Below are positions 18,637-26,749 of a stretch of DNA of 36,890 nt, piece after piece; position 1 is the first letter of the stretch; the number at the start of each line of letters is the position of its first letter. The notes beneath the pieces were generated by a model. It searched no databases, was not told where the DNA came from, and was given only the letters and a program-made list of their open reading frames with translations. Source of the DNA: Bacteroidales bacterium (GTDB taxonomy: Bacteria; Bacteroidota; Bacteroidia; Bacteroidales; Muribaculaceae); contig JAHZGZ010000163.1 of NCBI GenBank assembly GCA_019420545.1, positions 1 through 36,890 on the forward strand, read 5' to 3'. Made by a program: the position numbers and the translations under genes.

Positions 18637-18819
18637 AAATTTTCCTTTTCGCAATCCTAATCCAAAGCCACGATCACCTCTTTTTATGTTGTAAAACATA
18701 TATTTAACAGAGTTTAACCAAGGCGTTAAAACGCACTCCGGAAGAGGATTTTTGGAGGGTTTTGCAGGCTAAAACGGTCAGTATCAACGGGTAGATTTGC
18801 ACACATCGAGGATTTTTCG

Positions 18820-18827
18820 TACCTTTG
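18820..18827 (+). promoter_or_regulatory. -7 promoter element (TACCTTTG) upstream of the thioredoxin-fold gene
   Basis: TAnnTTTG match with an upstream TTTG at about 18796, roughly 235 nt before ATG 19063. Confidence 0.7.
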
Positions 18828-18834
18828 TGCCGTG

Positions 18835-19062
18835 GAAATAAAATTCCGCTCCGGGCTCTGGCCCGGAAACGAGCCGGCAGAGGCCGGCCCGCGCCGAAAA
18901 TCGGCAACAGCCCGCCGAGGCTCCACGCCCGCAGCTATCTACACTTGCACACATTGAGATCAGAGAGAAACCAGACCTCCAGAGGTCTGTTCAAACGCGG
19001 AACGCGGCAATCCTCCGAAAAAGCCAAGACGGGACTGTAAGTGCTAATATTAATTCAATCTG
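18835..19062 (+). ncRNA. Candidate structured 5' leader or cis-regulatory RNA
   Basis: Four hairpins (18851-18866, 18873-18888, 18893-18905, 18972-18989) lie between the promoter and the start codon. Confidence 0.35.
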
Positions 19063-19563
19063 ATGAAGAAAACAATGTTTATCATTGTGATCTTCGCCGC
19101 TCTAATCGCCCTGTTTACCGCAGCGACCGACCGCGCCGTCGATGGCACCAAAGGCTTCAAGGCTCCGGTATTCAAAATCGAGCGTGCCGACTCGCTCGTG
19201 CAGCTCGACAATCTCAAGGGCGAGTGGGTGCTCCTCCAGTTCTGGAGCTCGGCCGACGCCTCATCAAGGCTCGCCGCAAAAGAGTACTCGCGTCTACACA
19301 GCGCCGTAAACCAAGGCGCAGGACATGAGCGATTCCGTCACCTGGCGGTCAATTTCGACCGTTCATCAAGCCTTTTTCGTGAGATAGTGCGCAGGGACGG
19401 TCTCAATGCGAAGTCGCAATTCCACGTCGCGGATGACGCTATGCGAGGCAATCTCGCCAAAAGCTACCACCTCGACGCCGGCATGAAGGCATTCCTTATT
19501 AATCCCGACGGAAAGATCGTTGCCGTCAACCCTTCATCCGAAACAATCAAAGAAGCCATATAA
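19063..19563 (+). CDS. Exported TlpA/AhpC-TSA-like thioredoxin-fold protein lacking CxxC
   Basis: Signal peptide, KAPVF, LKGEWVLLQFWSS and FLINPDGKIVA. The protein has no cysteine. Confidence 0.8.
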   Translation: MKKTMFIIVIFAALIALFTAATDRAVDGTKGFKAPVFKIERADSLVQLDNLKGEWVLLQFWSSADASSRLAAKEYSRLHSAVNQGAGHERFRHLAVNFDRSSSLFREIVRRDGLNAKSQFHVADDAMRGNLAKSYHLDAGMKAFLINPDGKIVAVNPSSETIKEAI

Positions 19564-19692
19564 CCGGCTTCCGCCCCGCTATCAGGGGCAAACGTAGCAG
19601 AAAATTCAAGCAACGACCGCAGGCGGCTACAGAGGTACCGCAATTACTTATCCTTACACACAGAGAAAACGCCTACGGTCTGACCAAAACCC

Positions 19693-19733
19693 ATCGTTCA
19701 CCGCGCAATCCGGCGCGATGAGCGATTTTTTTT
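19693..19733 (+). terminator. Intrinsic terminator
   Basis: ATCGTTCACCGCGC...GCGCGATGAGCGAT imperfect stem followed by a T-run. Confidence 0.75.
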
Positions 19734-19838
19734 GTGCGATTTTATGTATCCCTACGCCAATCTCTCACATATCCGTTGCCGCCAATTTCATTATTTTTCG
19801 CTAACTTCGCGCAAAAGAATCATTTATCACATATCGCA

Positions 19839-21848
19839 ATGTCAGAAAAAAAATCGCACGGCAACGTCACTCCCGACGGGATTGACGCAACCACAGCCGA
19901 CAACGGCCCCGCAGGCCTCCCGGAAAACGCCTTCCGCGAGCTTGCCGCCGACGAAGCCTACACCCCCGTGATGCATCCGGCCCACGACTATCCCGAAGTC
20001 ACCCCCTACTCCGTGGGAATGGGTCTCGTGCTCGCCGTAATCTTCTCGGCGGCAGCAGCCTACCTCGGACTGCGCGTAGGCCAGGTATTCGAAGCCGCCA
20101 TCCCCATCGCCATCATCGCCGTAGGCCTCAGCGGAGCCCTCGGCAAGCGCAACGCCCTCGGCCAGAACGTCATCATCCAGTCGATCGGCGCATGCTCGGG
20201 CGTAATCGTTGCCGGAGCCATCTTCACCCTCCCGGCCCTCTACATCCTCCAGGCCAAATATCCCGAGATCACGGTCAACTTCCTCGAGATATTCTGCTCG
20301 TCGCTCCTCGGCGGCATACTCGGTATACTCTTCTTCATCCCCTTCCGCAAGTATTTCGTGAAGGATATGCACGGCAAATACCCCTTCCCCGAAGCCACCG
20401 CAACCACACAGGTGCTCATCTCAGGCGAAGGCAAGGGAGCTGAGGGAGGCTCACAGGCCAAGACACTCGTCATAGCATCGCTCATCGGCGGCGTCTACGA
20501 CTATCTGCTCGCCACCTTCGGATGGTGGGCCGAAAACGTCACCTCCATAGCATCGCAATGGGGCGCAACGCTCGCCGAGAAGACCAAGCTCGTGTTCAGC
20601 GTCAACACCGGCGCCGCGCTCCTCGGCCTCGGCTACATCATCGGCATACGCTACGCCTTCATCATCTGCGCCGGCTCGTTCTTCGTATGGTGGGTGCTCA
20701 TACCGCTTATCGGCACCTACGGCGCTCCCGAAATCACATCGCTCGCTCCCGGCGCCATCTTCAGCGACTATGCGCGCCTCATCGGCATCGGCGGCATCGC
20801 CATGGCCGGTGTGCTCGGCATCATCAAATCGTGGGGCATCATCGTGCAGGCCGTAGGCCTCGCCGGACGTGAGCTCAAAGGCAAGAGCGGAGCCGTAAAA
20901 GAAGTACGCTGGCAGACCGATATCTCCATGAAGGCCATCGTCTACATGACCGCCGTCGCCCTCCTCGCCGTGCTCCTCTTCTTCTGGTTCGGCGTCATCC
21001 ACTCCTTCTGGCAGGCCCTCGTGGCATGGGTTGTGGTAGCCGTCATCGCCTTCCTCTTCACCACCGTCGCCGCCAACGCGATCGCCATCGTAGGCAGCAA
21101 CCCCGTGTCGGGCATGACCCTGATGACTCTCATCATCGCCTCGGCCATATTCGTGGGCGTAGGCCTGAGCGGCACCTCGGGCATCGTGGCCTCAATGGTA
21201 ATCGGCGGCGTTGTCTGCACCGCCCTCTCCATGGCCGGAGGATTCGTCACCGACCTCAAGATCGGCTACTGGCTCGGATCGACCCCGCGCAAGCAGGAGA
21301 GCTGGAAATTCCTCGGCACACTCGTCTCAGCTGCCACCGTCGGGGGCGTGATCCTCGTGCTCAACAAGGTATACGACTTCTCCAACCCCGACATCATCGC
21401 CGCACCCCAGGCCAACGCCATGGCACGCGTCATCGAACCCCTCATGATGGGCGGCGACACCCCTTGGATCCTCTACATGGCCGGAGCCATTCTCGCCCTC
21501 ATCCTCAATTGGCTCGGCGTTCCGGCCCTCGCATTCTGCCTCGGCATGTTCATCCCCCTGCAGCTCAACACCCCGCTCCTCGTAGGCGGTGCCATCGCAT
21601 GGTGGGTAGGCTCGCGCTCTAAGGACGAAAGCCTCAACTCGGCACGCCGCGACCGTGGTACGCTCATTGCATCGGGCCTCATCGCCGGAGGTGCACTCTT
21701 CGGCGTGTTTGCCGCGCTGACACGCTTCTGCGGATTCGAATACACCAATCCCCTCCCCGAGTCAACTACACAGACCCTCGGCATTGTGCTCTACGTGCTG
21801 CTGATGGCCTACCTCGTCTGGGACTGCATGCGCGCACGCAAGGCCTGA
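19839..21848 (+). CDS. OPT-family oligopeptide transporter
   Basis: Multi-TM protein with AYLGLRVG..FEAAIP, GAIFTLPAL, YPFPEATA, SNPVSGMT, DLKIGYWLG.TP and APQAN. Start taken at ATG 19839. Confidence 0.92.
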   Translation: MSEKKSHGNVTPDGIDATTADNGPAGLPENAFRELAADEAYTPVMHPAHDYPEVTPYSVGMGLVLAVIFSAAAAYLGLRVGQVFEAAIPIAIIAVGLSGALGKRNALGQNVIIQSIGACSGVIVAGAIFTLPALYILQAKYPEITVNFLEIFCSSLLGGILGILFFIPFRKYFVKDMHGKYPFPEATATTQVLISGEGKGAEGGSQAKTLVIASLIGGVYDYLLATFGWWAENVTSIASQWGATLAEKTKLVFSVNTGAALLGLGYIIGIRYAFIICAGSFFVWWVLIPLIGTYGAPEITSLAPGAIFSDYARLIGIGGIAMAGVLGIIKSWGIIVQAVGLAGRELKGKSGAVKEVRWQTDISMKAIVYMTAVALLAVLLFFWFGVIHSFWQALVAWVVVAVIAFLFTTVAANAIAIVGSNPVSGMTLMTLIIASAIFVGVGLSGTSGIVASMVIGGVVCTALSMAGGFVTDLKIGYWLGSTPRKQESWKFLGTLVSAATVGGVILVLNKVYDFSNPDIIAAPQANAMARVIEPLMMGGDTPWILYMAGAILALILNWLGVPALAFCLGMFIPLQLNTPLLVGGAIAWWVGSRSKDESLNSARRDRGTLIASGLIAGGALFGVFAALTRFCGFEYTNPLPESTTQTLGIVLYVLLMAYLVWDCMRARKA

Positions 21849-21908
21849 CAGCAACCTCGTCCGGATCAATCACTCCGGAATCAACACAATCCGAAATAAC
21901 CATATTTC

Positions 21909-23216
21909 GTGAACATACATTCCAATCCCACACAATCGGGGGTCAACCGCAGCATCCTGCGCCTTGCGGTGCCCTCGATTGTTACTAATATCACCACCCC
22001 GCTGCTCGCCCTTATGGATGTGGCCATCGCAGGACATATGGGCGCACCCGTCTATATCGCCGCCATAGCCGTCGGCGGTTCGATGTTCAACATGCTCTAC
22101 TGGCTCTTCGGATTCCTCCGCATGGGCTCAAGCGGAATGACGGCCCAGGCCTACGGGCGCAATGACCGCGCCGCCATGGCCACAGTACTGCACCAGGCGC
22201 TTCTCGTGGCCATTCTTGTCGGACTGTTGATGATCGCCCTGCAGTCGCCGCTCTGCACGCTCATCCTGCGCTTCATGGATACCGACGCCGCCACCTCACG
22301 TCTCGCCGCCGACTACTTCCACATACTGATATGGGGCGCACCGCCCTATCTGGCCACATTCGCCCTCTCCGGCTGGTTCCTTGGCATGCAGAATTCGCGC
22401 GTCACCATGTGGTGCTCGATACTCATCAACATCACAAACATCGCTGCGAGTCTCACCCTCGTATATCTGTTCCACCTCGGCATCCCCGGCATAGCCGCAG
22501 GCACCCTCATCGCCCAGTGGACCGGCTTCATAACCCTCTTTATACTTGCCGCGCGGCAGCTCGGTCGTCAGCAGGCGCCATGGAGCGAAATTTTCCGTAT
22601 CCCGCAACTCAAACGCTTCTTCAGGATAAATACCGACATATTCCTGCGCACCGTATGCCTGGTGGCGGTAACCATGTGGTTCACACGCATGGGTGCCGTG
22701 CAGGGCGACCGCATGCTCGCCGTCAATGCCCTGCTCATGCAGTTCTTTACCCTGTTCTCCTACTTCATGGACGGTTTCGCATTTGCCGGCGAAGCCCTTA
22801 CGGGACGATATACCGGAGCCGCCGACACCGCTATGCTCCGCCGCTCAGTCCGCGCCCTCCTCGCCTGGGGCACCGCAGTGGCCATCATTTTCTCGGCCAT
22901 CTATCTGCTATGCGGCGATCTCCTGCTCAATATTCTCAGCTCCGACCGCGGTATCACTGCCATGCCCCATGAATACCTCGGATGGGTAGCCACCGTGCCG
23001 GCAGCAGGATTCCTCGCCTTCACGTGGGACGGCATCTTCATCGGAGCGACCGACACGCGCCGCATGCTTCTCTCCATGTTCATAGCCACCGTCGCATTTT
23101 TTATCGTAGAGGCCATCGCCTTCCCGCACCTCGCCAACCACGGCCTATGGCTCGCTTTCCTCATCTACCTTCTTCTGCGCGGCCTCATCCTCACCATCTT
23201 CTACCGCCGCTCCTGA
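21909..23216 (+). CDS. MATE family efflux transporter (DinF-like)
   Basis: ILRLAVPSIVTNITTPLL..D.AIAGH, FGFLRMG, DIFLRT, SYFMDGFAFA and WDGIFIGAT; about 12 TM; GTG start. Confidence 0.92.
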   Translation: MNIHSNPTQSGVNRSILRLAVPSIVTNITTPLLALMDVAIAGHMGAPVYIAAIAVGGSMFNMLYWLFGFLRMGSSGMTAQAYGRNDRAAMATVLHQALLVAILVGLLMIALQSPLCTLILRFMDTDAATSRLAADYFHILIWGAPPYLATFALSGWFLGMQNSRVTMWCSILINITNIAASLTLVYLFHLGIPGIAAGTLIAQWTGFITLFILAARQLGRQQAPWSEIFRIPQLKRFFRINTDIFLRTVCLVAVTMWFTRMGAVQGDRMLAVNALLMQFFTLFSYFMDGFAFAGEALTGRYTGAADTAMLRRSVRALLAWGTAVAIIFSAIYLLCGDLLLNILSSDRGITAMPHEYLGWVATVPAAGFLAFTWDGIFIGATDTRRMLLSMFIATVAFFIVEAIAFPHLANHGLWLAFLIYLLLRGLILTIFYRRS

Positions 23217-23336
23217 ATCTACCATCCCTGCTGCTATCCACAACCCTATTTCACCTTTTTTCCTCTGCTTATAAGGTTCAGCCTCATCCTTATTTCTTCC
23301 CGGCCGCAAGCTCGGCGTCAGTCTCAATCCCTCACA

Positions 23337-23387
23337 AAGAAAGAGCGCAGCCCTTTTGCAAGGAAGCTGCGCTCTGGTGTTTTTTCT
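23337..23387. terminator. Terminator hairpin after the MATE gene, possibly bidirectional
   Basis: AGAGCGCAGC...GCTGCGCTCT stem with an A-rich left flank and a T-rich right flank. Confidence 0.7.
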
Positions 23388-23459
23388 CGGTTTCAGGTAT
23401 ACTGCGGTGCCATGGTTTCCCGGCTCCGTCTGAAGGTTAGCAAAGAAGATGAATTAGGA

Positions 23460-23489
23460 TAAACGGGGCACCCGTGAAAGGGTGCCCCG
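23460..23489 (-). terminator. Terminator hairpin after ppiD
   Basis: CGGGGCACCC...GGGTGCCCCG stem about 25 nt downstream of the stop, with a short U-tract. Confidence 0.7.
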
Positions 23490-23514
23490 GGGTTATAATA
23501 TTAGGGATCTAAAA

Positions 23515-25593
23515 TTATTCGGTATAGAATTTGAGAGTGTTGTTCTCAACCTTCTCTTTCTCCATCATGATGCCGATAAGATTCTGCATCACGGCCTGCG
23601 AGCCAAACTGCTGGTTGAAGCGTGCGGCATTCTCCTCGTAGTTGTAGGGACGGCCCTGATTGTCGATTTCATATACGGTGTAGACATACACGGCGTTGTT
23701 GCCCTGTACCGGTTCCGAAAGCTTACCCTTGGGGGTTACAGGCACCTGACCGAGCAGGGTCGATTCCATCACGCCGATACCGGGGATGTACATCTGACCG
23801 AAAGTAACCTCGGTAGAGTCAACCTGCGAGCCAAGCAGCTGGGCATAACCGTTGATATCGCTTGCCTTGCCCTTGATCTGGCCGATAAGAGCGGCAGCCT
23901 TCTTGTCGTTGCGCACCTTCTGGGTGAGAGCCGAGGTGATGGTCTCGTCCTTGAGAGGCATGTAGCCGGGCTTTATTACCTCGGTAAGAGCCGCTACGAT
24001 AAGGTGGTCGTTCTGGTTGTCCTGAAGGATGGGGCTTACCTCACCCGGCTTGGCGTCCATCACCCACTTCACTACGTTGCGGGTATAGGGCACATTGCCG
24101 ATCATATAGGAGTTGGCGGTAACGGTAGCGGGCTGAAGGGTATAACCGGCGGCGATAGCCTTGCTCATTGTCAGGGAGTCGGCATTGGTGATACCGCTGA
24201 CGAAAGCCTGAAGATCCTCGTTGAGCTTGTCGATAGTGGCATCCGAGGGATACACCTTATAGTTTACGGTAGCATAGTCGTAGATGGTCACAGGAGCCTT
24301 CTTCGAGTTCACGCGGATAATGCTTGCCATGTTAGCGGCGCTGTCGGCGATGAAATAGCCGCTGCCGGCCTCAAGTATGCGGGTCTTGATATCATTGTCG
24401 GGCGCCGAGGCGAGGGTCTGCCACAGATCCGACTGGCTGTTGAGCACGCCGGGAGCCGATGCTACGTCGGCGGCAGTCTTGCCCGAGTTGAGCTGTGCAA
24501 GGAGCGAGTCGCGGGCAGCGCCATCCCCCTGGAACTGAATTATGTCGAGATTGACTGAATCCACTGCCACTTTCTTGCCGATGAGCTTGGCGATAGTGAA
24601 TTCATCGTCGATATAGCTTATCTGTGCTACGGCACCCTCCACCGAGTCGGTAAGGAACGAGCGGAGCACGGGGCTGGTAACCTTGGCGGCAGTCGACGAT
24701 ACTCGGTTCACACCGAAGTTGGTGTCACCGGCTACAGCGTCGATGGCCGGGGTGCTGCGCAACTTCACAATCACGGAGTCAACGAGAGTCTGACCCTCTG
24801 CCTTGTCGGCTGCCGAGGGAGCCACGTTTACAGCGATGAAGTTGGCGCGGCGGGTCTCGTCGTTCACGCGGTAAGCCTCTTTCTCCTTGCTGTAGGCATC
24901 GCGGAGCTCGCTGTCGCTCACGGGATACTCGTCGTCGGGCATCGTGCTCAGGCTTTTCGAGGCATACGCGATATGGCTCGTCGAGGCATTGCCAGCATAA
25001 TACTCCTTGGCGTCAAGCTCATTGGCAACAAGAGCGCCGGTAAGCATGGCCTGCAGTTTCTGAATCTTCAGCATCTGGGTCATCTGCTTTTCCTGATTGA
25101 GCCACATCTGCTGGAGCTGCTGCGCTGTCTCGGTAGGAAGATTGTACTTGGTGGGGTTGAATGCATAGTCATACACCTGATCGGGAGTCTCGGCACCCAT
25201 CTGGCGGGCGAACTGCATCATATAGGGATGAGCGGTAGCGCCCGTCATGGCCTTGGAGAGTTCGTTGTCGGTAACAGTGATGCCCAGGCGGTCAAGTTCT
25301 TCATTGATGAGTGTTTCCTGAATCATACCCTGCAGTACCTGAGCTTGCATCATGGCCGGATCCATCTTGCTGTTGGGCTGCTGTTGCTGCATCTGCTGGG
25401 AAGCCTCCTCGTTGCGGCGCTGGAAGTCCTGTACGTCAATCTTGGTATCGCCTACCTTGGCGATGGTAGTGCCGGCGCCGAACAGTGTGCGGCCGGAGGT
25501 GAAGAAGTCACCGACAATGAATGCCAGAAGAGCGAGGCCTACCACTACAAGCAGCAGTCCTGATCTCTTACGGATTTTTTCAAGTGTTGCCAT
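23515..25593 (-). CDS. ppiD: PpiD-like membrane-anchored periplasmic chaperone (SurA N-terminal domain plus parvulin-like domain)
   Basis: MATLEKIR...LLLVVVGLALLAFIVGD N-terminal anchor, LGITVTDNEL, VSDSELRDAY and PGEVSP; 692 aa. Confidence 0.8.
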   Translation of the reverse strand: MATLEKIRKRSGLLLVVVGLALLAFIVGDFFTSGRTLFGAGTTIAKVGDTKIDVQDFQRRNEEASQQMQQQQPNSKMDPAMMQAQVLQGMIQETLINEELDRLGITVTDNELSKAMTGATAHPYMMQFARQMGAETPDQVYDYAFNPTKYNLPTETAQQLQQMWLNQEKQMTQMLKIQKLQAMLTGALVANELDAKEYYAGNASTSHIAYASKSLSTMPDDEYPVSDSELRDAYSKEKEAYRVNDETRRANFIAVNVAPSAADKAEGQTLVDSVIVKLRSTPAIDAVAGDTNFGVNRVSSTAAKVTSPVLRSFLTDSVEGAVAQISYIDDEFTIAKLIGKKVAVDSVNLDIIQFQGDGAARDSLLAQLNSGKTAADVASAPGVLNSQSDLWQTLASAPDNDIKTRILEAGSGYFIADSAANMASIIRVNSKKAPVTIYDYATVNYKVYPSDATIDKLNEDLQAFVSGITNADSLTMSKAIAAGYTLQPATVTANSYMIGNVPYTRNVVKWVMDAKPGEVSPILQDNQNDHLIVAALTEVIKPGYMPLKDETITSALTQKVRNDKKAAALIGQIKGKASDINGYAQLLGSQVDSTEVTFGQMYIPGIGVMESTLLGQVPVTPKGKLSEPVQGNNAVYVYTVYEIDNQGRPYNYEENAARFNQQFGSQAVMQNLIGIMMEKEKVENNTLKFYTE

Positions 25594-25670
25594 TTATGTT
25601 TTATCTGTTTTTAATTGCGTAATTGATTGGTCATCACCCGCAAAACTTTGCCTTTGAGGGTAAAATCGCA

Positions 25671-25678
25671 CAAAGTTA
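25671..25678 (-). promoter_or_regulatory. -7 promoter element (TAACTTTG) for ppiD
   Basis: TAnnTTTG match about 78 nt upstream of the start. Confidence 0.6.
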
Positions 25679-25826
25679 CGAAATTTGCCGTATTATCCCA
25701 ATCCGCAAGCACCTTTTTTTCATCCATTTTTCTGTTTACCGCTATATACCGCTATAAATTATGCATTCTTCGCTTCATTAGCTAACAGACATTCCCGAGA
25801 AGAGCTCGCAGAATTTTTTGGCGGTA

Positions 25827-26720
25827 TCACATCGAGCCGACCACAAGCAACGACAGGCCCGCAAGCAGCACGCATAGGTCGACCAGTTTGGCCTTGACAT
25901 GGCGCTCCCTGAGGGCGATCACGCCATAGAAGAACGACACGATCACGCTCCCTCTCCTTATCATCGACACTATGGCGATCATCGAACCCGGAAGCGACAG
26001 CGCATAGAAGTAGGCGATATCGGCCGCCGTAAGAAACAGGGAGATGAACACGATCGACCACCGCCAGCGGAAAGGCGTCACCTCCTCGCCGCGCATACGG
26101 TGGCCGCGCAGTATCAGCCCTATGGTAATACCCATTATCACAAACTGATAGAAACTATACCAGGCCTGTACCTCAAGCGGCTCATAGCGTCCGAGCAGCC
26201 ATTTGTCGTAAAGGGCGCTCACAGCCCCCATGAATGCGGCTCCGATAGCCATCCATACCCATTTGCTGCCCTTGATGCTCAGCCCCTCCTTCATGCCGAT
26301 GCGGCTTATGAAGAACAGCGAGAAGAAACCCAGCGCCACACCGCCCCACTGCCACAGGTTGAGGCGCTCGGCATAGATAAGTATGGCGCCGACAAGCACC
26401 ATCACCGGCCTCGATGCATTGATAGGCCCGGCGATAGTCAGGGGCAGATGCTTGATGCTGAAATATCCCAGCAGCCACGACGACAGCACGATAAGAGCCT
26501 TGATCATGATTCTGGCATGGCCGGTGAGCGACTCCCCCAGGCCGATATACCCCTCGGCAAGCCCGGTCACGATGACCGGAGCCATCAGCAGCGAGCTGAA
26601 CAGGGTGTTGAGAAACAGCACCACCAGCACATTGTTGCCGTCGACCGACAGTTTCTTGAATATGTCATAGAACCCCAGACACAGAGCCGAGGTTACCGCA
26701 AGCAATATCCACATATGCAA
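25827..26720 (-). CDS. EamA/DMT family transporter
   Basis: About 10 TM in two repeats; SIKHLPLTIAGPI...ERLN..QW.G and YALS...IVSMIRR...LRE. Confidence 0.85.
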   Translation of the reverse strand: MHMWILLAVTSALCLGFYDIFKKLSVDGNNVLVVLFLNTLFSSLLMAPVIVTGLAEGYIGLGESLTGHARIMIKALIVLSSWLLGYFSIKHLPLTIAGPINASRPVMVLVGAILIYAERLNLWQWGGVALGFFSLFFISRIGMKEGLSIKGSKWVWMAIGAAFMGAVSALYDKWLLGRYEPLEVQAWYSFYQFVIMGITIGLILRGHRMRGEEVTPFRWRWSIVFISLFLTAADIAYFYALSLPGSMIAIVSMIRRGSVIVSFFYGVIALRERHVKAKLVDLCVLLAGLSLLVVGSM

Positions 26721-26749
26721 TCAGAGCATGTTGCAGTTTAAACGAACTC

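Larger units (their letters stand above)
15400..18720. other. AT-rich island, probably horizontally acquired, carrying two genes
   Basis: Abrupt drop in GC: the sampled line 15841-15900 is 33% GC, against about 70% in a sampled OPT line. No mobility gene was seen. Confidence 0.75.

Noticed and set aside
15400..18720. Island as a mobile element with att sites
   Set aside because: No integrase, transposase, tRNA target or flanking direct repeat was found by eye.
18832..18957. 41-codon GTG-initiated ORF in the leader
   Set aside because: It starts at about the predicted TSS, runs through GC hairpins and has no protein-like features.
18955..19050. SAM-I riboswitch call
   Set aside because: Only scattered word matches were found. 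P1 and the kink-turn/pseudoknot could not be built, and the downstream gene is not in sulfur metabolism. It is kept only as an unassigned RNA candidate.
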